DNA of 64,000 nt from Blasia pusilla. Lineage: Eukaryota. Made by a program: the position numbers and the translations under genes. The stretch spans positions 21,142,001 to 21,206,000 of the forward strand of contig CM114271.1 in assembly GCA_050084515.1 (NCBI GenBank). Reading direction: 5' to 3'. Positions 23,021-37,633 of this stretch are shown piece by piece; position 1 is the first letter of the stretch, and the number at the start of each line of letters is the position of its first letter. A model generated the notes under the pieces. It did no database searches. It worked only from the letters and a program-made list of their open reading frames with translations, and had not been told where the DNA came from.

Positions 23021-26000
23021 CTGAATACCATGTGTCAAATAATACATCTCCAAATTTATATAATTAAAAAAAGAACCGGATTTGAAAATGACATGTATAT
23101 TTTATGACGTGCTCTCACGAAACACGACAACTGAATTTAAATTAACAAATCCATACATAGAACCCGTGATTTTCATCCGCGTATAGAACGGACATCATAT
23201 ATATAGTTACGGTAAACCATTTCGTTCCACTTACTAACTAGTATAGCGAGGACTCTTGGCGGTAGTTTGAGTAATGAGTTCCGCAACGCGTGCCGGGAAC
23301 ATTCTGCCGTCGTTCGGATCAGATGCGTATCTAACTGCAGCAGTCGGATGACGATCCGACGTATGTAGTGACTATGGTCTGTGAACCAATTCGGTGGAGG
23401 TGCTTTCACCTTCCAGATTCGTCAGATCCGACGCCTAGGAGGTCCTTACTGTGCTTGACACTGACGTAGTTAGTCAGAGCGTGTTAGTCGTAGTTAGCGT
23501 CGTGACTTCAGGACTGACCGACGGGTAATCTCTGTGGGACCCCCCAACTGCATTCAACGGCGTGATGCGGTGGTCGTTGTAATCTTAACGACAATGTACT
23601 TCAATCAGTGCCCATACGTTTCTCCCGCCGTTCTCTCATTCTTCCCGATAGGACCGTCGGCGAGATATACCGCCGTGAGTTCACAGAGGCAACGCTAGGG
23701 TTCGTTGGAAGGCAACTGTTTGTTACAGTGCGGCAGGCGAAACTCAGAAGTTCAGAACGACTTTTCGCCGCATGATCATCACGTATACACGGTTTCGCTA
23801 TTTTGCAATGCCAATATTCGGGTAGTTTCCCCATGGGACCAGCATGTTGCCAGGAATTTTCAGTCGGAAACAGTAATCCCGGTTCTTGAACCAACGTTAT
23901 TCAAAGAAGTTAAACAAATCCGATCGCCGATTATTGTTTTATAAAAATTTATTTATCTATTTATATAATAATCGGCGATTACATATGCATAGTACCAGTA
24001 AAAATAGTAGGGCAATAAGTCAAAATAGGCAACATCATTAAATTTTGTTACTTGAATCGTTAGAAGGATACAAGTAAAATAAAAGAAAAAGATTTGAATG
24101 CTATATATATATATACATATATAAATAATTTAATATTATAATGAGTGATTATAAATCTTAATAAAATATAATTAATATTTAAATAATCAATATTAGAATT
24201 TTTACCTCAATTCATATTTTATGGAAAAAAGAAATAAAACTTTAATGGAGGAATAATTTTGTTTAAATTTTATGGAAAGATAATGGAGGATTGTAATTAT
24301 TAAGAAAAGATGCTTACTCTTCTAAGATTTTAGAAAATTTGAAATAAATAGTATGATCATTTTTTTAAATAATTGTATTAGTTCACATGTGATATTTTGG
24401 GAAAGGAAAATGAATTTGAATGGAAAAGGAAAATGATTTCATTAATTAAAATTAGCTAAGATTTTAGTTAGTGAATGTTATTCTGGTGGCAAGAATGGAA
24501 GGGAAAGAATAATTATTATTCAAACTTTTACGGAGGAGTGAAATTATTTAGGGGAGATGGGTATTATTTAAATATGAAATTTATTATTATTTTAAGATTT
24601 AAAAAATTGGATACTATATTTAAATTTTGATCTAATAATAAATCTAATTTCAAATTTTAACTATAATTAAAAATAATTATTGACACGTGTTTTTTAAGGC
24701 CCTTCTATTGAGGAAACTGTGTTACGTGTGCATCGCACAGCAACATACTCAGATAGATTGCTAGTAAATTGCAGTGCTATCCTCGAAACTATACCTCACA
24801 TTTATTTATTCTTAAAATTTTTTCTTTTCCTCCTTTTCTTTCTTCATCCATCCCTCTTTCTTATTGAATTCCTTTAAATTTAGTCTTTTTTCTTTACTTA
24901 ATTCCTTTTAAAATTCCATTTGTCAATGGTAGAGGAGTTCTCAAGAGATAAGTGTCAAGAGGGGTAGGAGGGATTATGGAAACCAATCCTCTCTTAATAA
25001 TATAAATTAATACTAGTAGGAATGTATGCCATGGATTAGCATTTTGTGACAACTATGAAGTTTTCAATGTCAACTTATCATTTCAAATTTTGATTCAATC
25101 GCCCCTTCTTGTAAATTTGGTGATAGAGCTTTCCCTCCATATTTGTAATCTCCCCCCTTCCCAATATTGTCCACTTGATTGCAAAGTTCTTTCCTCTATT
25201 CTTTTCGCTAAGCTTGCAAATATAATCCACCTTTGGACCTACAAGCAGAAGACGTAGGTTGGATCTCTCAAAGCTAGCTACTCTTGTGTTCCATATGTCG
25301 TATCAGTGAAGAATTTGAGTGGTATTTAGTGCCAAGTCTCTTGAGGTGCGTCAATTCTTCCTAGAAAGGTATGTATTATGATCCTCAACCAATCTCTATT
25401 GGTCACTCATCCAAGATGGAGCCCAAGTATCTACCCTATGCCCTTAGTTTCGGCCCTCAACCCAAATATTGATAGCGTCTTTCAAGCATGCGTTTGGCTA
25501 GTTAACCATCAAGATGACTTGGGGGGAGTATTATCCACCTATCTCCACTTCCCTGAATCCCCCTTGGATCCTTGCCTTGGATCTCTTGTGTCTAATGATT
25601 AAAGTCAATCTTAACTTGGGCTATTTGGCATCTCATAAACGGTCTTGACGCCCTTCGAATTTTGTGACTAGTCACATGATGGCTCTTCCCATCTCAACTA
25701 CTCTTGACTCTCAAGCTATTCGCTCTCAACAAAGAACTCAACTCAAGGCTCTCTTGCTCTTCCTGTCCGATTCCTACCTCCCCATTCCCTTCCCATCTAG
25801 TCAATTGTCACATGCAATAATTCGTCCAAAGTCTAGCCAAGTGAGTTACAAAGTTGAAGGGGGAAAGATTAAAAAATTCAGGGACAATCATGTTGCATAG
25901 TTTGCAACATGATTCAAATTAAGGAACCACTAACTCTATACAAGGTTTGACTCTTTTTTTTTCTACATAATTAAGTTACATTGCTTCTTTCGATTGCGAT

Positions 26001-29000
26001 ATAGGTAAAACTATCAAGTATACCATTCATACATTACCACATGTAATTCAGTAATTTTTATTTCCTTTCCTTAAAAAAATAGGACATTTCCTATTTTTCT
26101 CCTTGAAAAAATACATTTTCTTTTCATTGTGTGAATTATTTCCAACTCATTCATGAAATATAATTCCTCCTCATGCTTCCGTGTATTCTTGTATGTAGCT
26201 ACTTACTTTGAAGCAGCTAATAGGGAATGTTCGTTTGATACATTAGCAAAATGACTATTGATCATTAGTAGTCATTTATTGCAAGATCAACATGAATCTA
26301 AGTAGATTGGTATAGAAAGACTAATCCACCTTTCTAATTCATGCCAAAAATCAAATAAAATTTTGCATGAGATTCTCATATATATATATAGTTGGGTAGG
26401 TCTTTTTCTTAGAAGTAGTCCGTACATACCGTACGGTTGGTACATAAGAGGCCTTTCATACTTGAATATTTTCTAGTCACCCAAGAGTAAGCCAATTGAA
26501 AAATGGATAAAGAAAAATTATAAGTTCATTTCATAAGGACTTTTAAATTTTTTTAAGAGTTTTTTCAAATCTCCCTCCTATGAATTATTTTATTCCATTT
26601 TATTTGAAAATGCAACAAAAAATGAAGAGAAATTTTAACTAGATTTTGAAAATTGATTTAAAAATGATTCAAAAGGATTTTTTTTGAAAATGATGAGAGA
26701 TAATAAATTAATTTTGATTTCAATTTAGACTTTTCATCATCATAAATGTTCATCTTGCTAATAGATCGATAATATAATTGACCTTAAACTCTTTCGTGTG
26801 CCAACTCCAAGATTTCGATATGTTTCCAAAGTTTGAGATGTTGGTTTTCCAAAAATAATTGAAATCAAATTTCAGAATTTTTTTTCAACCACTTAAATTT
26901 CATATCACACTTGGATGGCCGTATATATTTTGTTAAAAATAGCCAAGGGAATGCATCCTATGGGGTTACAAACTAGTCATCAGTATGGTAAAGGTATATT
27001 CAAAAGAATTGTTTCTTTCAAGGAATTTTAGATTTTTTTCTAATTTTAAATACCTGTGTAATTATTATATCAAAACTTTAAGAGTTTTTATGGATACGAC
27101 TTCTTCAATGAAAGGATATCCTTAACCGTGAAAGGATATCTTTAAAGTATAATTTCTCAATTGCAAAAAATAGATAAAATAATAATCTAAAATAATAAAT
27201 TTTGGGTGGAGGAAAAATTAAATTAAAAAATATTATCTTCTAGGAGATATCCTAATAACTACATTTTCAGTAAGTACGCATGTGACTCTAGCTTTGATTG
27301 ACCAGGTCAAATAATCTTTTCATCCGTACAACACGTGTCACTCCATGGAAGGCCTTCGAGAAGCGCCGAAAGTAGGACCTTTCGCAACTTGGGGGTTACT
27401 GAGTTTCAAATGAAAGCGCCATGTGTCACTCGATGACATGCCTATCGACAGCTCCAAAAGTATGAATTTTGCGTTTGGTTTTCTATTGTGTTAAGTAAAA
27501 TACATAATGTTTCCGTCATTTATCAAGTCTTCTCTTCTCTTCACACTCAACTAAAGTTTGCTTCCCCATCCATCAGTTTTTCTCCACCATTTTTAATTAA
27601 TGAATTTATTAATGAAGGTTTGTCGAGGTGAAATGGAATGAACCCAAGCGTTTCTACGATGCTTAAAATACCCATACTGTAAAATGAATTTCTACGATGT
27701 TTAAAATACCCATATTGTATTTATTACTAATATGCTTAAAAACGTATACTCCTTGCCGCTTCACTAATAAGACATTATTTCCAAAAGTTTTTGGAGGGGT
27801 TATTTGCACGCCGGGCGATCGTTGTAGATCTACTATGGCCCTTTCCTTATTTGCATTCACCTTCTTTTAAAAAGATTTTTCTTCCCTTTTTTCAAAGTCT
27901 GTCAGCTTTCTGTCAGGGAACCTTCGTCATGTGGCCATTGTTCCCTTTCTAATTTGAGACCTTTTTTGGATTTTTTTTGATATTTGTGTATATATAATGA
28001 TAAGTGGATGGAGCCAGGAATATCATATGGGTACATCGAGGACGCATAAGTTCCGATAAGGGCAATGGGGATGGAGGAAGACATGCACAATTTCCCCCCA
28101 TAAGGTCATGTCCCTCTCACAATAATGTGTAAGACACTTCGTCCGTTACAAGATATATTCACATGTCCACAAACGCTGTGGGAAATGATATTTCATGTCA
28201 CAAGTTTAGGGTTTAGGGTCAATTTCCAGGTCTAAACCTGACTCCATGGGGTTTGTAAAATACGTTCCCAAGACCAGACCCACCTTGCTACATGCTTGGA
28301 CATGCTCAACACCCACCGCAACGGTATGGAGTGACGAGACTTTCCATATTGCTACACCGATTCACTTTGCAACGATGAAAATCGCTTATAGAAGTGTCCT
28401 TACATTCTACCTTGTTCTCATTAGGGCATGTCAATAAATGTGTTCTTAGAAAAGCATTTGACACCTACTATCAGGAATTCTCACATTCAGCCTTCGTGAC
28501 TGGTTTAGCACATCCACATAACGATAAATCCCTAGAAACGGAGTTCTCCACACGCTCTCCTTAGTGCAAACTTGCAAAGGGTACTTCTTGACCCCAAACT
28601 GCAGGAGAAGGTATTTCGTAGTGACGAGTATAAAGAGAATAACTGACAACTCCTCGCAGTACTTGTCCAGTCAAAGACACTCAGATGGTCGGAATGGTGA
28701 CTGGTAAGGAGGTTGCACAATCATGTACCATTGCGTGTAATCATCGGTAAAAGTTCCTGATCAAGGATAGCAGACTTCCCTCTGCGATGAGGACACAGGT
28801 GATCCAGTGAAAGATGGACTATGACCACAGGATCGCCTCGTCCTGTGTTCCATACGTATTCCACTTTCAAGTCGGATGTTCTGTTTTCGGCAGTGCCTCG
28901 TTTCTCCTAATATGAACTGTCTGCCCATTTCGCTTGTAGCTCTGTTGGTTAGTCAAACATTTCACTTGCAGTGTTACCCGGATTAGCGATAAGAACTTTC

Positions 29001-29810
29001 AGGAGAAAATTGCAAATGTTACTCCGGTGCTACCATTCAAGAGAATTGTTTGAGCACCACAAAATGTGCATGGGACCTGTACTTTATCGATGCCCTGTGA
29101 GTTGTACAGTTGGCTCTAGTCGAGGATCCTTCATCTCCACTGATGCAGACAAGAATCTAATTTGCAAGAGGGGAGAGAATCTCATCGTACAAAAAAGAGT
29201 CTTTGAAAAAAATCGACCACAATTGGCTGAGAGCCCCTAATCTCTAGACGTTCAACCTAAGCATTTCCTGCAGTAAGCCCAACGAGTACATGTACTGCAG
29301 ATCTCAAGAGCTGCCCAGGCCTGGTGCCTGAACATCAGAAGACGACGTTCTCCCATTCAATCACACTAGAAATGGGGGCAATAAACACGAAGATAGGAGG
29401 CTTGTTCGGACAGTGACATATGGGGAGGGTTTAAACTTCTGAACGTTGTGATTTACCAAGGCTGAGGAAGGGAAGAAGGCATGAGTAATCTACATGGGCC
29501 TGCGCTTGATGGTTAATTTGTGTTACGATTTTGGCTGGGGTCATGAAAAGCTTCAAGCTTGTCTGATCTTGGTCCCAAGAGTTATCCGTGTGGTGGAAGC
29601 TCAGTAAGTGTACATGACGACGATGCATTACTTGTTTTAAACTACCTACCTCAAGAATATGTTACAGTCCTCATGATTTCGATGCTAAATCGAAGAGGGT
29701 CAAGACCTGGAACAGATCCGTCCGCAGAATTTACAATCATTTTGGTCGATAGAAGAGGATGTATCAGACAAACCACTCAATGACTTTCCCAAAGTGAAGA
29801 ATTTGCTTCT

Positions 29811-32640
29811 TCATTGAAGAGAATTCAGAAAAAGGATCAGCACAACTGCAACTCCAATAACGACAGGAATGGAGCTCACCAAGTACAGGAAACTATAGCC
29901 CTGCATCAATTGTGAGATCAGCATTAGATATCGGGCAATTGGAGTTTCTCAACGTAAATTTCTCTAACCGTGGCCCCCTCTCACAACAGAGTTGACAGCA
30001 CAGAAAGGCAGCTTGCAATTGAAATGGAAATGAAGGGATACAAAAAAAAGTCTGAGTTGGATGAGAACATACCACAGCGGGTGGTAATATTTCACCCAGT
30101 TCCTTCTTCTCTTCTCCTGGTAGTATATCAGCGGCTGCGTCCCAATCCACCTTGGCTCTTTCAGCAGCAATTCTAGGATCGACTCCTGTGTTTGTCACCT
30201 TCGCGTAAGGCGACGCAACAGGAGGCAAGCGACTGGCAGCAATCTCATCCTGCTCACACCCAGGACAACCAACACGTTCCTCAGAATGGAAACCCAGGGC
30301 ATCAGGCTATGCAGATCAATTTTGTAAGGTTCACAAATGTCATTTCAACCCTGCAGCCCTTTCAAACAACTCTGGAGAGTACTAATGACACAGAGAAAAA
30401 TAATCATTCACCTTCCCACGGTGTACTTAGGCATACCCTAAACCCCTACACCCACGAGTCTCATGGCTACTATATATATCAAACGGTTTCATGAAATTAT
30501 TCGAGTTGCCAGAGAACACAGCTCTTCCATCTTTTGAACAGAAACTGTATGGATTATTGACAGAGTGAGGAGTTTTTCAAGTATAAAACACAGTGAATAA
30601 CCTCAAGATTAGGCCATGCCAGCATCTCCTTGGTGAGCTCCCGCAGGACAATCCGATCTGTTGGGATTCGTCCTTCATAGACCTTCAACAGCACCACACG
30701 CAAGGGCACCCTCATCAGAAAACTCCTCTGGAGTCTCATACAACATCGTTCTCCTGTGACACTGCCAGAGGCTGGGTACAACCACGGAAGAGCATAACTC
30801 ACTTGTCCATATTTTGTATCCAAATTGTTTTTCGACGATCATGGGACACGCATCCTAATGAAACAAAAATGATTTCCATTTGTCCAGCCAGTCATAGCAC
30901 TTGTTGACCCAGATGGCACCGATACTACAGGAGACGTAACAAATTCCATGCGCAGAAAGTGATCAATTTTCATATATTCAATGAATACTTGTGACGAAGT
31001 TGCTAAGACAGGATTGAAAATGAACTCATGCAACCCAATTCCGCTATGATTAATTCCTGATGCACAGTTCAATCGTGCATTTTTCACTTTAAACTGCTGC
31101 GAGAAAGTTTGTATTGTCGTGCAAAGCGCAATAACAGAGTGAGGATTTTTGAAGGTGAGAGATTGGGAAACAATACGACAGCAGGAAGGAGTGTGGGCTA
31201 AAACTGCAACACACTATCATCAAACCTGAAACTGAGGAAAGAAGGGTAGTGACAGGAACGACCGGAAAAAAACGTTCATAATTTCATGAGTGTCCCGAAA
31301 TCAGCTGTGACGAATATGATTTCCACAGGGATGCACACCAAAGCATTACCAAATGAATTGCTGCAGCTGCAGATGAAAGATGTCTGCTTCCAGAAATTAA
31401 ATACGAAGTCTGATGCTGTCGTAACCACTGTAGACTATGCGGCCAGTCAATAGTGATGATCTAGAGAATTAACCCCAAGCATTCAAAACAGCTGCCCACC
31501 TCCATTAGAGCGGCACCCATGTCTTCTCTGGAACAACCTCTGTCGTCCTCAATCCCCAACTGCTTCCGCCGCTCGACATCTCGAGGATCTTCAATCATGA
31601 TTGTCAATCTCACCTGCAGACATAGAAGAGGATGTTAGTGGCTAGAAATTTCGTCGGGGGCCTTTCGACAGAGAAGGTCATCAATGCGGAGACAAATATC
31701 AAAGGGATGATAAAAATGACGGCGCCCTTCCGTTATGTTCTGAATGTGATAGTCATAACACGGCAGAACCGAAAAAATTGACTTGTTTCATTGCAAATGA
31801 TCACTACTGAGGTTGCAATTGAATCATACGTACTTCGTTGAACGTCATATCCCTTTTCGATCGTAGCAGCTCTACAATCTGCAGGTGCATTCTTTATGAG
31901 TAAAATAGCTGTGATGCCAGACGATTACATCACACTTCAGCAATTTGCGAACAGAACTGCTTGACACGTCACATTCAGCTCGTCTTAGAGAACACGGCAT
32001 CCACAGCTTGTACACATCCTGCAACAAAGAGTTTCCCACACGCCTGCAATCTTCGAATTCCACAGCGATAACCTCAATTGCCTGTACCATTCCATGCTTC
32101 ACAAGCCTACAATCTTCGAACAGCTGACAGGAAGGAGGACAACCTTCAGAATCTCCTCAACGTTCGCTCGGTCTTCCTCTTCCTCCGCCGACAGCTGCTC
32201 TTCCACAATCACGCTACTCCCCTCGCCACTACCCTCGAGCGCCCTTCTCGAGAGAGAGCGCACAAACATCTGGAATCCATCGGGAACAACAACAACAACA
32301 ACAAGCCCCTCTCATCACTTAAGAAACAGCTCACAAACAATTCTCAACTTCTCCACCATACACCCAGCCCACAATTCCGGGCACATGTTGAGAGACAGAC
32401 ACGCATGCGCCGGCCACTAACCTTGGTTCCGCGGTGACCGAGGCCGACGCATTGGCACATCCTGACGGGAAGGGACTCTTCGGTGGAACGCTGAATTGAA
32501 AACGGGCGCTTTACAGAGCGACGGAATGCGGAGCTTTGAGGATGCACACCGCTGGAGCTGAAGGATAGTGCGAGGAGGCCGCCATTCCAGCACTGTGCCC
32601 CTCTTGCAGAGAGCATCGCTCCTGCAGATGCCATGGCCAT
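29811..32640 (-). CDS. Y3IP1: Ycf3-interacting protein 1, chloroplastic (photosystem I assembly factor, CEST), 7 exons, ~283 aa
   Basis: Exons 32640-32422, 32269-32144, 31878-31834, 31613-31500, 30682-30602, 30249-30073, 29900-29811; all introns GT-AG and phase 0. Peptides 'IVELLRSKRDMTFNEVRLTIMIEDPRDVERRKQLGIED', 'EGRIPTDR..EMLAWPNLE', 'YAKVTNTGVDP..VDWDAAA' and C-terminal TM 'GYSFLYLVSSIPVVIGVAVVLILFLNSLQ*' resemble Arabidopsis Y3IP1 as I recall it. Transit-peptide-like N-terminus. Confidence 0.93.
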
Positions 32641-35499
32641 CGCTTCAGCAGCTCCGACCTCGAGCCCCGACTCTACTGCTGCGCTCCAAATCGGCCCTCA
32701 AGCACATGGAACAGAGAAATCGCTCCGCCTATCGGCGGAATCTCGCTCGGCCTCATCGCATTTCTCACGGTTCTTCAGCCCATGTTATCTCGTCCAGCTC
32801 GGATCCACGTCAGCAGTGCAACGTGTCCCCGGCCCGACACGTCGTCAGAGTTACCATCCATTCGGCAAGCCACGTCAGCGGAGAGCAAGTTACGCGGCCC
32901 AACAATCGGAGGTGGTAAGCGGAAACGGTGTAGTGAATACGAAAAGGTGGTTTTGGGGTTCTCTTTCGAATGGAAGAAATGATTAGCAATCCTAGATAAT
33001 TAAAAAAAGGATGGGATTAGAATTTATTTTTCTTTTATGACTTTCTTTTTAAGACCTTTTCATTGTTCTTCTATTGTTGATGCATATCTTTTGAATTTAA
33101 TTCAATGAAGAGGAAAAAATAAATTCTATCACCCATTTGAAGGATATTTAAATGAAGAGGAAAAATAGAACTCTGTCACCTGTGCATCGTATGGGCAACA
33201 TACTAGTACTAGTTATTATTGGAGAATGCCTCTTCGGTTTGAGATCATTTCTCTTTTTGACACATGTCCTCTTTAGCCAATAGAAGTGTTCGAATTAAAT
33301 TGTACACTTAGGATGGGTAATTCAAAATTATATATCTGCGAATCGTACAAGCGCCAACTAGTTCTAAAATAGTTGGTAGTTTCTCAGTTTGCAAGATAGA
33401 GTAAGTGATGGGCAAACGTTTGGCCTCAAATGCAACTCCTAGCTTGCGTTTTCTCCCCTCTAATATTGAAAGTAAAAATTTTAAAAATATAATTTTGAGA
33501 CCATCCCTTATTAAAATTGATCACTTTGGGTCTTCCCCTCCCATAGGCTAGCTGCTTGGTATAGGAGAGGCCCTAGAGGAAACAAAAGTGAAGGTAAACA
33601 AGAACAGGTACCACATGTACAACGTATAACTTTAAAGAGGTGTTTCGGCCCTATGAAAATAAGGGCCGAGTGGTGAATGATATGAATGGAATTGTATGTA
33701 AAGGCAATAAAGAAGCTACAAAGCATATCAAGTGAATATTGTAGTTTAGGTTAGGTAGTTTATTTGCCATCAATGCCAATATGACTTTTCCTTGGAATGG
33801 AAGCTCATACTTACCATAGTAGTAGAACTTTCTAAAAGAAAAAAAGGCTAAATAATGGATTTTCCGCAAATCCAACCCAATGGGAAATGTAGTACTAGTA
33901 CATTATAGTAGTGAAGAATCCAAGAATAGTATGGAAGTGATGTTCTTTGGTTGCTTTGTTTGTCATCTCTTTTGGTAAATGGGTATTCCGCCATAGATTC
34001 ATGAAGGTAGGGTCTTGCAAGCACAAGTTTGTGAGAATATTGGAAGGCAGAGTCTTGATATTGACCTCCAAAATTTTAGAATATGAGGCAAGGGGAAAAA
34101 AGCTTTCAAACCCATACCATTTTGGGAAACAACAATAAAAAACGCCTCGCCCGAGAAAATTGGATAGTAAGAAAAAATTATGACGAAGTAAAGACATAAA
34201 TAATAGTGTAATTTGAAAACGGTTTTTAGAACACAAAAAGTGTGCAGGTGAAGATTTGCAACAAATATTTAAGAATTCTCTCAATCCGATCAAGGGGAAA
34301 CGTTGGCAGGTCACCAATAACTTTCAAAATTTTGTCCACCAAGGCCAAAAATTGACAACTTTTGAAACCAAGAAATTGAAATATGAAAAATTTGATAATT
34401 TTCAAGCATAAAAATGATATTTTCAACAAGTGGAAAATGTCGGGATATTCTAGCTTCATATTTTCAACCTATATCAACTCTTTTCTTCAATTGCATCAAA
34501 ATGACATAAAGAGCCCAAGAAGGCATATTGGGAGAATGATGGGACCAATCACTTTACACATAAAATCGTCTGAAAGACCTTCAATCAATGATTTTTAACG
34601 ATGGAACGCATGATTTTTTTGAGATTGGAATCCAACCACTTTTTTACCTCAATTAATAATGAGATCTAGACTGCGTTCAAAATCATTTTTTCAAGTCTTG
34701 AAAATTTGTTGAAAATTTGGAAAATTAGAGATTGAAAAATCTTGACTTAACTTGAGGTTAATCTATGCTTAACTGGATAATTGGTACAAGCATTGATAAT
34801 GCTTTTATAGTTTGATAGAACCTTGGTAAAAAAAAATTCCATTTTGTTGGCATAGTAGAGGAAATGTAGTAAGTTAGCTTATAATTAAGTTTTTAACCCA
34901 AGATCATTTTGTTATTAGGTGGAACCAACCAAAACGTGCCACATCAGCCTTGATAACTTAAAAAGTATAAATACAAGCTCCAACCAAACCATTTTATCGT
35001 TAACCAAACTGATTTCGGGATCTGAGGTTGTGGTGCATCCGAACTTCCATAGCATATATCCTGCAACCATGTCAGGTTGTGATTCCAAAAGTTTTAAAAA
35101 AAAATCTCAAATAATTCTCTTAGTGGTTCTATAATTTTCCCTAAGAAATATTTTAGGCTACAACAGAGAATCATTATCAAGAAAAAAAAATTAAGATGCT
35201 AATTACAACAAAGTATCTAGGGTTGAGTGTGCTTTCCCTTGTTTATTTACACTCAATTAGTCCTTTGTCCATATGCATGCCTTCTACCCTTCCATTAACC
35301 CATTATACATTCCTCTATCAAATAGCAATTTGATGATTCCCATGACTTAGTAAGTACAAGTTTACCCAACATCTAAACTCAGTTATTTGCACACTATATA
35401 ACCTTCCAAGATGCCTATATCTTGCTGAATCTCAAACCATCTACATCTCTTTCTTGTTGCATTGTTTAACCAATCATCACTTGCCCAAATGTAGATGAA

Positions 35500-37500
35500 A
35501 ACCATTGCAATGATCTACTGTTGATGATCTGTCTATCTACCTTTGCATTCATTGTACACTTCTTGGTCAAGGTTTGAATTGAGGTTTCTTATAATTCAAA
35601 GATGACCATTTGAATATTGGAGGTAGATACTCATAGCTTATTCTAGGGGCTTAATAACTATGCCTAGTTTTTGGACTTGTTTATCTATACAATTTCCATT
35701 TTAAGGTCTTCGTACAAGTATTCCTAGGCACGATTCATGCCGAGCATCAAAACCTTTCATTCCCATACAAAATCTCTAAAAGCCTATACCACCTTCATTT
35801 CAAAATCCCATTTATAACTGTTATAGAGAGATAGTCATATGGAATCTCAGGAATTGTTGATCTCTCACAAGTTGATGGGGCATCCCCTTCTACCAACCTC
35901 AAGAGCTTTTGGCCCACTCATGTCACGGATTTGTATCCGAAAGTCACGAAACTCTTCGATGTAGTCCTCCACAATACCTTTCTGCTCTAGTCGCCATAGT
36001 TTCATTATAGTAGTGAAGATTGGATCCACATCTTGAAAATTTTGCAGTAGCCCTTGCTTCATTTCGCTCCATGTGATTTGTTGAGTTGTTTCAATCAAGA
36101 ATCTCTCCCATCTTTGATACAATGTCAATGCTCGATGAGTTAACGAAGATCTTATGAACATCCTTGCAATATGATCATCAATGTTGAAAAAGGATTAATG
36201 GATTTTCATACGAGTGATCCAACCCTTTAATATCCCCATGGCTCGACTTCCTTTGTACGGTTCTACCTTGCATACCTTTGTCATTTTCAATATCAATGAT
36301 GCTTGGGCATTCATCTCCATCACTCTTTGTGCTGCTTAGACCTCCAATGCTCATGCCCTTAAGGTTTCCTCACTCTCCCCAGAAGTCACGACACTCATGG
36401 TTTCCATCTCCATCCCACATATCGGAAAAACTCTCTCTATCTCTACTCTCATATTTCTAACCGAAGCAACTTCTTGGACTTAATTTTGACTTTGATCAAA
36501 TGCAACTCTCAACTCTCTCAATTCACGAATCATATCCCTCAAAGATTCTTCCATGATCACTTCGAATTTCTCTTGATCCTTCACTACCACTATAATATAA
36601 GATCAAGATATACACCTGCCAATTTTGCACAATAGGGCCTAGAAAAGGAAGTGTTGACATAATGACTTCATCATAATACTCTTGGCCAAACTTCCTCACC
36701 ATAAACTCTCTATATGCTGTCTTAGCTTGACAAACCACATGGATTATACATTGAGTGTTAAAATACACTTATGGGGGCCAATTCAGATCCATTCCCCATA
36801 TCTCATCTAAATTAATATATAAATAAAGCAACCCCACACACCATCATATGTAACAATAGGAAGGATCATCGGGAAGCGAGACTCCATCACTTGCGTCATC
36901 AAAACTTCACCAAAGTGATATATGAGATATCTCGTGAACCAGTATCTATCTACATATAAGAGTTTGATGGTGAACGGATTAAGAAACGGAAAATTAGGAG
37001 CCAATCTTGCTCCTCCTTCATCCATTACTTGCAAAACAGCCCTTCCCCCTTACTCTACTTGCAGCTCAATAGCCACTGCCAACCTCTAACAACCTATCTA
37101 ACTCTCGATAGTATATCATTACTTGGTCATCCTTCCAAGAGGGGTAATCCACTCTCGTTGGAAGAGCAACCTTGTACTGATACCATTGTAACTCTCCACC
37201 TCATAGAACCACTCTAGAGTTTCTCAAAAGTAGAATGTCCCTCGAGACCTCTCCTCTTCTTTTATATACCTAGAGATAAGAACAATGAAGATAAATTAGC
37301 TCTACCTATCTTTATGCTACGTGTCCTACTCTCATAGTATGAGAGAATCTCCTTTGGACTCTAATGTCCCAATCTCATCTTCCCCAACCTCATCCTTATC
37401 TTCCTTTTCACCAACCTATGGCCCCACTCCCATCTTTATCTCATGTATCTTGTCTTTTCTCTTTTTGGTTGATTCTTTCCTACTTATGTGCTTCATGTCA
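35500..37500 (-). mobile_element. Truncated conventional Gypsy relic: LTR end, tRNA-iMet PBS and gag
   Basis: Minus strand reads ...GTTACA|A|TGGTATCAG (PBS at 37177-37185). The gag-like ORF 35865-36161 reads 'ITWSEMKQGLLQNF..KLWRLEQKGIVEDYIEEF'. Outer boundaries are approximate. Confidence 0.7.
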
Positions 37501-37633
37501 TATATTCTAACTTAACTATGACCAACAAAGGATGGATACAAGTTGGAGTTGAGGTGTTTGTCTTGAGAAATATCAAGGAGGAGACACTATCATAAAGAGA
37601 TCATGAAGATGAAGTCATGTCCCATGCTTCCAT

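Noticed and set aside
28205-28218. TTTAGGGTTTAGGG as an interstitial telomere
   Set aside because: Only two units; at most a telo-box.
31872-32102. 76-aa minus-strand ORF as a possible Y3IP1 exon
   Set aside because: It falls almost entirely in intron 2; the flanking exons join in frame without it.
33400-35200. Possible hAT element (TIR-like 'agtgatgggcaaac') and ORF 33895-34317
   Set aside because: No matching inverted end or TSD was found and the ORF has no recognisable motif.
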